The notes below the pieces were generated by a model that worked only from the letters and a program-made list of their open reading frames with translations, was not told the origin of the DNA and searched no databases. DNA of 63,160 bases, counting the filler, from Choristocarpus tenellus KU-1152 (lineage: Eukaryota > Protista > Phaeophyceae): the NCBI GenBank assembly GCA_964200185.2. It is 11 parts of 11 records of this genome, joined end to end, with 100 filler letters (N's around TTAATTAATTAA, not from the genome) between each part and the next. Parts side by side here need not be neighbours in the genome. Positions count along the whole stretch, not along the records: positions 35,942 to 41,504 come from CAXNAD020010413.1; positions 41,605 to 45,536 come from CAXNAD020017078.1; positions 45,637 to 48,176 come from CAXNAD020026933.1; positions 48,277 to 56,882 come from CAXNAD020004536.1; 7 more parts are not named here. One strand, 5' to 3'. Both the position numbers and the translations under genes were made by a program. Positions within the stretch are counted from its first letter, which is position 1. Every line of letters starts with the position of its first letter. Of the stretch, positions 39,388-50,831 are shown piece by piece.

Positions 39388-41359
39388 CTAGGGACGAGGG
39401 ACATAATGGCCTGGTGTTGGCTGTCTATCATCACGAACACGACCACCATGACCCTTTCCTCTAAGACACAGGTGCAACCTACGAGTACCCTTCGGATTGT
39501 CGTGGCACGACTGGGTTGTATGACCCTCACGAGTCGCCGTCTGACAATCCAGGTACTGGCACACACTACTTTGGTGTTGATCAACAGTGTACTGAAGTGT
39601 TGATGGTGTCTCCGCATAGTGTGACGTGTCCAGGGGTCGTGATGATCGGTCAGTTGAACTGGCTGTGGTTGGTGGACTTGTCAACGACCGAGCTGGGGAC
39701 CTGTTGAGGGTTGCTTTCCTCGCTTGGTGACGTCCCACCTCCGTACGGAGCTGTTGACATTCTTGTTGTAATTGTACAAAATCTGCCCGAGAAACCTGTC
39801 CACGACGAGGGTTGTGGGTCACAGCACCAGTGTAAGTTGTTGGGGTGGAGTTATTACCAGACAGATTGTTGGCTTCATGTCGTTTGGCACGGTCACAAGC
39901 CTGGGCAAACGTGGTGGAAGGTTCTTCCCTAATTTGCTCAAGACGAATCGTAGGGAGTAAGCCGTCTTCCATCAGGGTTATTTTCAGTTGTTCAACAACT
40001 AAAGTTGTTGTGTCGATCGAATCTGAGAACGATTTTGTACAACGAACATTATCCTAAAAACGATTCATTGCTGTTGTGCAACGTAAAGTATATTTGTCGG
40101 CAGACTCAGTCTCTCCTTGTTTCAAGGATGTTAGTCTACGGACTGATACACTTACAGCATGGACGGGAGTGAATGCGTTGATTAAGGCTTTCTGGACATC
40201 ATCCCACGTCTTTCGCAGTGTAATGGGGGAAAGGGGTGTCAAGGGACGATTGCAATCGAGGCAAATCACTTGTTGAACGCCATTCTATCATACCAGCTAA
40301 CACCTGAAAATAGAATGTTTCGGCAGGTCCCTGAAGAATTTTCGGTAAAAATTCTACACAACGAGCATCAACTGTTTCAGGGGATGCAGGTCCGTACTGG
40401 CTAGAATGCAGGGATATTGCCACATGCCATTTAGAAAACAGAAGTGACAAATCTTCTTCGCCAGAACCTGAAATTGTCAGACCATACAGGATTTCCGAAG
40501 CGGAAAACCTGAAACGACTCCCTTCTGACAATGGTTGTGGGTGTGCGACGTCACTACTCTGTTCAACAGATCTTACTTGACCGATGCTCGTTCCCCGAGC
40601 TTGAAGTTTTAGCAGGTCCTGAAGCCATTCAGGAGGTGCAGTGTTTGTTCTTGTGCACTTGTTGACGTGGCACGCAGTGAACGCTGGTACAGCATCACCG
40701 AATTTGGCCTGCGAAATGTTCATCTCACAAGGAGTGGAACTTGGAGGCGGGACAGGTTCTTCCTGAAAGAGGACCCAACGAGTGTCACAGTCGCCCGAGC
40801 TAACACGATGCTCTAGGGTTGATGACACAGGTCTGGTATAAGCCTGCAATCTGTTGGGGGGGAAGGAGGGGAACCTCGTCTACGTTCGGCAAGTGTTCTG
40901 TTACTAGACTAAGTAGATGCGACACTAGACGAGTCAGAGTCGATATTTGTTGAAGACTCCATGTCCTCTAGAGACTCGTGTCCCTGAACCTCTTCTTCTG
41001 TTGTTCTGGACGGTTCCAGATGTGGGGTCAGGCGCTCCTGTGCACAATGTTTTCACCTCGATCTTGAATTCGGCATGTTTTGTCCGTGGTCAAACAAAAA
41101 TTCCCTGTCACCCTATTTCTGAGGTCACCAGTGTCGCCAATGTGAACCGTGTGATTCTGTGGCGGCATGGTTCACTCAGGTAAGGGTGGCGAAGAGAATC
41201 ACCGGGCAAGACAGACCAGACGAGCAAAGACAAACTGTATCTGAGGGTACAAGGTTAAGTTTGGACAAGTGCAAAACAAGGAGTGATGAGCATCTTCAGA
41301 GATGGGCTTCATCACCACAAGTCAAGACGCGAGAATAAAGTGAATCTTTCATGTGTGAC
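39388..41359 (-). mobile_element. LTR-retrotransposon gag remnant (Ty3/gypsy-like) with putative 5' LTR (41141-41359) and PBS
   Basis: KTWDDVQKALINAFTP...RLTSLKQGETESADKYTLR (Retrotrans_gag-like); TFAQACDRAKRHE; CQYLDC...GHTTQSC knuckle-like motif. Minus strand reads TGTCACA...GTTCACA then TTGGCGACACTGG. No pol or second LTR seen. Confidence 0.7.
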
Positions 41360-41377
41360 AACTCTGAATGACGAGCT

Positions 41378-41679
41378 GACCCAAAGTATCTTAGAGGGTA
41401 GGGGCGCGTCCATTTGGGGCCAAAATCCAATTTTGCGATTTTGATGTAATTTTGTCTGTCGTATTCGTTAGGAAGTGTCAATATCCTTGTCCCCGACACA
41501 CCTTNNNNNNNNNNNNNNNNNNNNNNNNNNNNNNNNNNNNNNNNNNNNTTAATTAATTAANNNNNNNNNNNNNNNNNNNNNNNNNNNNNNNNNNNNNNNN
41601 NNNNAAAAATACCCGTAGGAAGTCAAGCCCCAAATGGACAAACAGGGCAAAACTTGTACCCTCTAAGATACTTTCACTC
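41378..41679. mobile_element. MITE family A spanning an assembly gap
   Basis: Left and right halves are in consistent orientation on either side of the 41505-41604 linker. Confidence 0.8.
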
Positions 41680-41683
41680 TAGC

Positions 41684-42119
41684 CACACACGGGGTAGGGC
41701 GTAGAGGGGCGGAAGGATCTTGTAGAAGGGGACTGTCAAGTCCCGTTTGAGAGAGGTAATATAGTGTCCGTCACTGCAAAGTGACTCTCTCGAGACGGGT
41801 CACACGTTTCAAGTCAGAGACACCAGGCAGATGGGCAACAAGGGGCCTGTCAGATTCTTGGGATATTCCCCTAGTTTCTCTCCCTTCTTCCTAGGGCTAA
41901 GCTAGGTTAGAAGGCATCGCAATGTACACATTACTTTGTATGTGCCAACTCTTAGGGGAGCATTTTTGTATAGTTGGTTTTGAAATGGTAGTAAATATTT
42001 CTTAGAGAGGTAACTTTTGCATTAACGACAACTACTGTTATTTTTACAGGAGGAGTCCATGTGATATAGCTTTGTTTTTTCCCTAACACATCTGCAAATT
42101 GTCAGATGGCATAATAATA
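41684..42119 (+). mobile_element. 5'-truncated RLE/CRE-like LINE copy, followed by a partial MITE A at 42174-42297
   Basis: Homologous to 31555-32218; ends CCCTAACACATCTGCAAATTGTCAGATGGCATAATAATA. Confidence 0.72.
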
Positions 42120-45100
42120 CACATCTAATAATTATGAGACACCAGATACTATTTCTGCTGTGCTGTTGCAGGGGAATGAAAGTATCTTAGAGGGGTACAA
42201 GATTTGCCCTGTTTGTTCATTTGGGGCTAGACTTTCGTAGGGGTTTTTATGACATTTTCCTTCTCCGAAATATTTCGGAGTAGGTAAAATGTATATACAT
42301 ATCTTCTTCTGTTTATTATTTAATACTTTTCGTAGTAACTCCAGATTGTATCCTATTTACTACTTCGTATAGAGTGGAGTAGTAGTAGTCCGGAGTATTC
42401 ACACATTTATTTCAATATACTCTGTACTAACTGACCTTCGTGATCACCTGACCAGGATACTCTCTGAGAAACTCACTTCACTCTTCTATGACCTGTTAAA
42501 CTTCATAACTCCTACAATATTGGCATATGGTTTTGCACATTTTCCATATTTCAACCTTGTAGATCTACACCGTAGGTGGGGTGTTTTTTCAAGTGTAAGG
42601 CGCACAGTATGTTGCAGACTTTTTGCTGTATATACCTGTTGTAGAGAAGAGAAATGAAATAAACAAAGCAGAAGAAGACCTCTGCCGTGCTAGTTCTACT
42701 GTATGTAGCATTAGCGGAACTCTGTTTACATTTTCTTTTGTGGCAGTTCCATCTGGTCTTCGTTTTGTCTTTTTTCCTCATGTCAATGTCTAAGTACCAT
42801 ATCTAAGCGTATTAATACTACAAAGTAATACCTTGTACGCAGTATTTCCCCCGTAAGAACGACTGTTGATATCGTACGTAAATGCACGTACTATACTTGC
42901 CTTGTAAAATATCGTCAAGATACTAGTAGCGCTACTGTAGGGGCCTGGTACACGGACAGTAATGTGTCTGAGAATTGAAATGTTTTGACTGTTAGAAGAC
43001 AAGGAAGGTCTTTGTCTTGTTTGCAGCACAAGGAACGTGAGTGCCTCCAAGAATTACTCATAGTAGTAGGAGAGGTTGTTCATTAGACTCCAGGAAGCAA
43101 GGTCATCCAGTCCATTCCCGTCCGTGTAAGCGCGCACAGGCCATTCGGTCCTTATCATTAATTTAGTAATAGTATTAGTATTAGTATTAGTATTAGTATG
43201 ATTTTTATTGTGTTGAGGTAGGCCCCTTTGTTTCATTTTGGGATGATTTATTATAGGATGGAATAACAATACTCAGAGTCGACCCGGGATCACCATTGAT
43301 CGCAAGATTGCAGCTCGAGGTGAGAACGGATGATAGAATGCTGCTGATGCTGTAGAAGAGTTGCAAACTTGCCAAAGCTACCTTGGGACACACATGAGGT
43401 CTATCTGTACGCAGGACATCTATCACATTGTGGCTTGTGAAACAACCAACCGTCCACGGATCATGCACCATCAATCGTCATACAAAGTCTGCAGCCAAAG
43501 AAAGGGAAGGAGGAAAGAATTGGGATGGAGAAATGTAAGAATTTGGATCATTCCAGTTAGGGAAAGCACACAATGTGAAATGAGATATTTGGCAAGCATC
43601 AGTGGAGGATGACAACACCCAGGTAAATACGATACAATGTATATATTGTTACTAAATACTACCAGTAGCAGAGGTCTAGTGGTACTAATAGTACTTACTA
43701 GTATGTTTTGCAACAAAAAGTACGACTCTTTTTTGTGGGTTGACTTGATTGAGGACCTGACAAGGATTCCTGGCAACCTTCCTGTTCGCTGATGTGATGT
43801 ACTGATTTATAACGTACCTTACATACTCTAAACCTTGGTACCCATACCAAAATTCTTCGCTTAAGTCAACAGGAGGAGAGGAATGAGTAATAATAATATA
43901 ATAAAAATGTAGAAAGGATTTGAGATGCACTAGTATATTCGATCGGTTAAATCTTCCTGGTTGGTGGGTCTCCCAGCTTTTGAGCATAGTTTAAAGATGT
44001 GAGGGTCATACTCGACTTCCTTCAACCGATCAATAGTGGAAAACCGCGACCTCTAGATCCACGCTAAATATGTACAGGTTATCTACCACATATGTGGATA
44101 GCTTCGTAATTTCCAGAACCACTCATCAGTCTGAAACAGTAGTACTAGGACATCACTATTGCAGCTGCTGCACACAGTGGGGAGTGGCCGGCAGACAAAC
44201 AGTCGTCTAAATCCCCAATTGATTAGTACTGTACTCCCGAGTAGTGTATGATATCTCGATTAAATTGGACGTTGACTCAAAGGAGCACTAGGGTGATTAA
44301 CAAGAGAGGTATCTAACGTACAACATTCAATTTTTCACTTCTTCAATTAGTGCTGTGGACTACACAATATTTCGCTATGTAGTATCTACCGGGTAAATAT
44401 TATTGATCATTAAATGACTAACCACATTAAAAACAAGATTCAGGTGTACCACTAGGTAAGAGATGGAGACTTTAGGTGAGTCACACTTATTCTTTGTTTT
44501 TGGAGTGTCATGATTCCCCCGACATGATGTAACGACTGTACAGTTACCTCGTACCGTTTTTGTAGAGTTGAGCCACCAACATCGTACGTCCAAGGTGTCC
44601 ACTTGGAATATTGTAGTAATCGTGAGCAATATTCCAATCGTTATCAGAATGAGAGGAAGGAGAATGGGTGCACACATTTGATCTCGTCGCCTGCTGTGTT
44701 CATATTGATCACAGAACATGCGCTTGTGCTTTCATCCACTGGGGTGTTTATCAAAACAATCTTATAACACTTGTATAGCAATGTCAGATCATAAAAACGC
44801 TAGTCAATCAGTTTATTGACATCGTATAGTACTTTCTCCTTTGTATCCCCATTCTGAGTATCCTCTGTTTATACAAGAAACAAGAGACCTATATACTGGC
44901 CACATATACCCCTCGCCTTGTATTTAGGCTGATTGATATGCTGATCCCATACTCTCAGACCTTGTAGGCTTGATTGGTACACTGACCACATACCATCAAT
45001 CTTACTTAGCCTAATGATATCCTGATCAGATATTCATGAATGCCTCGTTTATTTTTTACACTTTATATTTTGATTGAATGAAGTCGCGTAATGTAATGGC

Positions 45101-45227
45101 GCAATAGTATAATACGAAGAGTCATACATGTTTCCCATTTTCCTCCTGTACAGCTCACTTTTTCGTTGACCTTAAATCATGTTTACATGTCTTCGACTAC
45201 AATCAGTAATGTTTTTCAAATTTGTAA

Positions 45228-45536
45228 CAGCCGTTACTTCTTTAGGGATTTTTCTGACATGTGAATAGCTTTCATGTTTTCCCCCCTGACACATCTGCAA
45301 AATGTCAGAAAGCATAATAATATGCTTTCTATCAGAAAGGGGGGTGATGTGGAAAGAAGGTTTGTCTGTTGTTATACCATTATTGCCGTACTGTGGGTGT
45401 ACCTTTATAAAAGAGTTCGATATGTTTCCCCCCTGACACATCTGGAAAAAGTCAAAGGGCATAACTATGGCAGGAAAGGAGTAGTTAAATCCAGGCTACG
45501 CCAAATTGTTTCGGTGACTATGCAAGTGGCATTGTC
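45228..45536 (+). mobile_element. Head-to-tail cluster of LINE pieces (3' ends at 45228-45322 and 45420-45464; ORF-tail piece from 45468 to the gap)
   Basis: Two stem-loop ends, then GRKGVVKSRLRQIVSVTMQVAL starts immediately after the second tail. Confidence 0.75.
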
Positions 45537-45784
45537 NNNNNNNNNNNNNNNNNNNNNNNNNNNNNNNNNNNNNNNNNNNNTTAATTAATTAANNNNNNNN
45601 NNNNNNNNNNNNNNNNNNNNNNNNNNNNNNNNNNNNAAAAAAAAGGGCCGGGGGGAGTGTTTTTTTTTTTTTTTGTCTTTTCGTAGGTCGGGTCTCCCCC
45701 CCCCCCCCCCCCCTTCACTTTTGTTCTTCCATGCTCTAACTTGGGGTCTTGAAGTCTGTATTTTTTTTACTTTTTTGTTGACAG

Positions 45785-47798
45785 GTGTGTACAGGGTCAA
45801 GAAGCGCCTCTTCGGTCAGAGCTAATGAGTTGGCTGTGCAGGCGTCCACATATGGAGGTACGGATTGTTTTTCTCATTTTTTTTTTTTTTTTTGGCCAAT
45901 GATAGGTTGTGACTTTACCTGTTGATGATGTCATTTTGATGTTTTTTGATGTTTTTTGATGTTTAGAGATCGGTAAGAAATAGTCCAACATGGTCAATTC
46001 AATTTTCTTAACAATCTTTTTTGACTTGAAAGAAATAAGTTAGGCTTATTGTATGCATCTGTTGTGAGTATACCATGTTACAGTGTGTGTAGTGTATGAT
46101 CCAGTAGGAGTGCTGCATGTAGGAGCGATGCAACTGTTTGGTGAGACAGGATCATATGTTTGTGTTCACTGCTGAGTGCACTGTTTTCTCACTGCTTTAG
46201 TACAGTGTAGTGTAAATGATGTGACACAAAAATTATCACTGAAGTGTAGCACTTATCACTAATAAGTATTATTTATCACTGAAGTGTAGTACTTATCACT
46301 AATGTGTATTGTTTATCACTAAAGTGTAGCACATAACACTGATGTGTATAATATATAACGAAAGTGTAGTACTTATCACTAATGTGTAACATTTGTCAGT
46401 AGAGTGTAACACGTATCACTAAAGTGTAGCACGTAACCTTAATGTGTAACATGTATAACTAAATGTAGCACTTACCATTGATGTGTATAGTGTATCATTA
46501 AAGTGTAGCACATACCACTATTGTCTAATATGTATCACTAAAGTATAGCACTTATCATTAATGTGTAAAATATATCACTAAAGTGTTGCACTTGTCATTA
46601 ATATGCAACACATATCACTACAGTGTAACGCACACTACGCTTTTGACAGTGGTCAATGCACAGCCTGTGTCTACATGTTGCAGCTCTCTTTACACCCAAA
46701 GGTATTGCCGCTAGAGGCAATAAAAGGTACAGCATGACAGAAGATAATACACACTGGAGCAAAAAACTTCATACCATACATAGCCTTATTACACCTGAAG
46801 GTGTGGGCACCTCTCTGACACAGTCCCAGCCCACTTGGTCACTGATTGCCATGTCCCAAATCGTGCTTGGATTTAATAATGACAATGTCTACCCAGGTCT
46901 ATACTGACCAGGATGGGGAGGGGTTAGGTGGTATTCGTGAAGAAGAAGTCCTCCCCTGGGGAGGCCACAGTGGCCCTGAGGACCGGATTGCTCTATGGGA
47001 TGCGATAGCCAGGAAGCGGGTTGATGGGGATGGTGAGCAGGGCCTGGCAGGTGATACATGTGCTGCTGTAATAGTAATTGTAGTTATTGTAGTGTAATAG
47101 TAATTGTGGTTATCGTACGATAGTTGCTTCACTTCCGAGGGGGAAATAAAAGAAGCAATTTTTATTGATTTTTTCTTTAATTTAAAAAATAAATAAATTA
47201 TTGGTTGTGTCTTGTTGTTGTTTGTGTTTGTATCTGCGATTGCGTGATTCTATTCTTTGGCTCTTTTCGGCTCAAGATTCGAAAAAACGTTACGGAGTTG
47301 TTTAGAACTTGAATATTATTTTTCCTCTTTAAAAATAAATAAATATATATATATATATATATATACCGGGAATGTATTGCGTGAGACTGTAGAGCAAGAA
47401 AAGTGTGAGGTAACAATAAAAATCTATTACGATGATGACCCTCGGCATTCAGATTTTTTTGTTTTGGAGTTAGCTTATAGTTGTAGCGGCTTTCGAGGTT
47501 CTGCAGTAGTAGAGTTGACAAGAGATTATTGGCACCTCTTGAGGCTTGGTTCCTGTTTTTTTCTTCTCCCCCCCTCCCCCCCCCCTACCCCTACCTCTGT
47601 TCTCTCTCCAGAAATGCCTTCACGGTGTAACCTGGCTAGTTGGTTGTCTGCACAGCCACGCCTCTTTGTCTATGCCGGGCAAGATCTTACAGGGGAGGAG
47701 GCGTGGTTTGGGGCGAAGGAAGCGCGATCAGTTGCAGACAGCTATGCCGCTTCAAAAGCCTTGTTTAGGGGCGATCCAAACGAACGCATTCCACTATG
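45785..47798 (+). CDS. Tandem BRK-like domain protein, internal exons (45785-45857, 46897-47032, 47612-47798)
   Basis: Spliced: CVQGQEAPLRSELMSWLCRRPHME|VYTDQD...EDRIALWDAIARKRVDGD|EMPSRCNLASWLSAQPRLFVYAGQD...NERIPLW. Two repeats plus the start of a third match the BRK pattern ERVxxxNxxxxKxxxGxxAPxxxxLxxWLxxHPxxEV. Phases (0, 1) fit. Confidence 0.78.
46232..46632. repeat. 20-bp minisatellite (about 20 units) with 40-bp dimer structure, intronic
   Basis: TTATCACTAAAGTGTAGCAC alternates with TTATCACTAATGTGTAACAT-type units. Confidence 0.93.
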
Positions 47799-48663
47799 GT
47801 ACCCTAGGGAGAGGCGGATACTGTTTGGGAGAGGTGGGTGGTGTCACCCAAATGACTTTTTTTGCTGCTGGTTGTCTTGTTAAACTGCTTCTGTTTTCCA
47901 ACTTGAGTCTCTCTGTGTGTTTGTGTTTGTTTCTTGGCTACTCTGTCTCTCTGTCTGTATGTTTTATGTGATGTTGATCAATGTGATGATTTGATTGGTG
48001 ATTGTAGACTATACTTCACACGAAGCTGTTTCCTTTTATGTATACAATGTGTACTATGTATGCATGCACTTGTGGTGCCAATGGGTGTATGTGTGTGTAG
48101 GTGAGGGGGGGGGGGGGGGGGGGGGGAGGGGGGGGGAGACAAGGCGGAAGCCCCGGACCCCCCCCCACCTCATACCNNNNNNNNNNNNNNNNNNNNNNNN
48201 NNNNNNNNNNNNNNNNNNNNTTAATTAATTAANNNNNNNNNNNNNNNNNNNNNNNNNNNNNNNNNNNNNNNNNNNNAGTTCACCCCCCTACTGTGACCTG
48301 AATCTCCCCCTCCCTCCCCCCCCGCCTTTTTATTGACTTGCACTGATTATCATACTCTTGGGCACTCTCCTTTTGTTATCACTTTCCTTCACTGTGGCGA
48401 CTTGTTCCTAATTGTAACAGACAGAAAAATGCCTACAAAGGCTTCCTTTAACGGCCATACCCCCCCTGTTTCTTTCTTAGGTGTAACCTCCCATCTTTAA
48501 CAGTAGCCTTTTATTGACACCATTATCCCATATTTGTACACGGGGTGTTGTAGGCGGTATAGTTATTCATTTCCCTACCCCCCTGTTTATATTAGTTCAC
48601 CCTTCTTTATTCGCATATTTCTTTTATGTTCTCGTCCAGTCCATTTTTCTCCCAACTACTGCA

Positions 48664-48709
<46 letters not shown>

Positions 48710-49636
48710 CTTTTAACATACATCTACTGCCAATCCCCAATTCTTACTTTCGAGACGTTCACCCCACCTAAAATTCCCACCTAATGCATGTCCATCCGGG
48801 ACTCTGCCATTATCTGTACTTAATCTCGTAGCTGTGACTCAACCTAGAATCTCCACCTACCCTGTGGCCTCATTCAGTACTCTGGAATCCTATGTAGGTT
48901 TTCTTATTTGTTTTGTTTTCTATGCCACGTTATTTCCCAGTTTGTAGCTATAACCCATAAATTCTATTGCTACTCATAATGACGTAACCACTGATTCACA
49001 TGTAGCCTGTGCTTAGTAAACGTCCATCACTAACCTCTTAACTTCCACGCGTTATCCTTAAACGAAATGGGCCCCTCTACCTCCTCCTACAGTGAGCCCG
49101 CGCACCTGATTTTCTTTTTCTCTATTGGGTTAGGTTGAACGATGCAAGCAGCGGAAAACAAATCCACGTGATCCCACCGATCGATATAAACCTAGCATCA
49201 TTCCCAGCCCTATCGTTCGAGCGATATCTAAAATGAACTTACTCCACGATATTAGCGCATGCACACTACTCCGCCCCCGAACCATTAACTTTCCCCTTTT
49301 TATCGTGATTTCCATGGGCTAACCATGTTTGTGGCATAACCGGCACGGCACACTCTACTCCTACTTTCCGTCACCCTCTTGGACTGTAACTCTGGCAGGG
49401 CCCTCAACCCTTTCCCTTATTTCACTCCACCATTACGTCGTGGTCCATCTTTCGTACTTTTCTTGTCCTACGTATTTTTCCCGATACCCCTTGCATTATT
49501 ATGTCTGAATCTACCCACTTCACTACCCGTATTCCTTACCTACCTACCCTACACCTATCCACACTGTTATTCATCGTCTCATTCTTCAGCCCCCTCCCTT
49601 ACCTTGTCCACCTTTTCTTACCATTTCCGTATCCGC

Positions 49637-49852
49637 AAAAGAGCAGAGAAAGACAGATATGATAGGGAAGAAGCTGTTGAAAAACTACTGAAGAAAATCA
49701 GCGCTAATGCAAAAGCTGACAGCCTAATCTCAAATTATGGTTATAAGAAGTACCTAAATATCGATGGTAACAGCACAGTGACAGTAAATGAAGAGAAAAT
49801 CCAAGCAGCGGAGAAATGGGATGGCATACACGGTATTATCACTAATATCAAG
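49637..49852 (+). mobile_element. Fragment of a bacterial IS1634-family transposase
   Basis: KRAEKDRYDREEAVEKLLKKISANAKADSLISNYGYKKYLNIDGNSTVTVNEEKIQAAEKWDGIHGIITNIK matches the KRAxKDxxDRE...SNYGYKKYL...EKIxxxxxWDGxHGxITN pattern. Purine-rich block inside pyrimidine-rich flanks; CCGC on both sides. Confidence 0.82.
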
Positions 49853-50687
49853 CCGCTTCTCTAGCATCCCCACCCCTCCCCTCGGACCTTTCTCCCTTCC
49901 AGCTGTCGGAAAGATTGTTCGGGTTATGTCTTGATCCACTCCGGCGAGAAGCTTGCTCGGAGGTTGCCTTGGTCTCCTCCCCTCCTCGTCTTGTACCCCT
50001 GGTTTTCTTTCCCTCTTTTCACTGACTTGCTGCTGTCCTGCCACTCATTTCCATTAACCATCTCGTTCCTTCCTTGATTATTCCTTCTCTTCCTGCTTCT
50101 TTCTTTTTCTTTCCCCTCCCCCAAGCTTGTCCTGTGCCCCCCCCCCAACCAACCAGAATTCTTCCGCTCACAAAACTCAGATTACTTCATATACTCTCGC
50201 ATTAAAACGTGTCCTGCCGTTTTATCGTACTATGTCACTTATCTTGTGAAGTTGTACTATGCCAGAACTACTTAATCAAGTTATAAGAAATCGATCATCT
50301 GAGATTCGAACTCATTTCTTCAAACACACAATCACAAACCAATGACACTTGTTCCAGTTAGCGAACATTTCTGTTGTCTAGCTGTTATCACTAAATACCT
50401 ATAAACCATATAGACTATCAGCCTATATTGCACACACATATCCACACTCCCTAAACTTCCTCCCTTCACTCCATTTCTGCCAACAACTCTGCTCCTATAG
50501 CTTTTGCTTTGAGCTAGTAGGAGTGCATTGTCAAACATTTTAGAGCTGCCCACTTATGAGAATCCAATGCTATTTCAATATCCCACCCTTCTCCTAACAC
50601 ATGGCTGGTCCTCTTCAGTATTGCATGGTCTCTTGTTGAGATCATGGTTTGTTGTATCGTTTGTGATCTGAATCGTGTGTTCTACAG

Positions 50688-50831
50688 GATAACCTCTCTG
50701 GCCGGACACGGATCACTGTGCTGGCGACTGTCAGCCCTTCCGCAGGGACTCACAAAGACACCCTTAATACCCTTACATATGCTGAACGACTGTCCAGACC
50801 TCTGTCCTTGAAGGGCACAAAGGGCAAAATG
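50688..50831 (+). CDS. Kinesin motor domain, C-terminal exon
   Basis: DNLSGRTRITVLATVSPSAGTHKDTLNTLTYAERLSR corresponds to DSLGGNSxTxMIATxSP...ETLSTLxYAxR; AG/GT-bounded, 48 codons. Confidence 0.88.

Noticed and set aside
42440-44000. Possible retroelement (RAYTDG RNase H-like and GHRRVK..VSW chromo-like words on the minus strand)
   Set aside because: Isolated short words among many stops; insufficient without a profile search.
46232-46632. Possible CRISPR array (also considered for 15358-15551)
   Set aside because: Units are contiguous degenerate copies without unique spacers; no cas genes; eukaryotic intronic context.
50300-50315. B-box-like GTTCGAATC (tRNA or SINE)
   Set aside because: No A-box or cloverleaf at the expected spacing.
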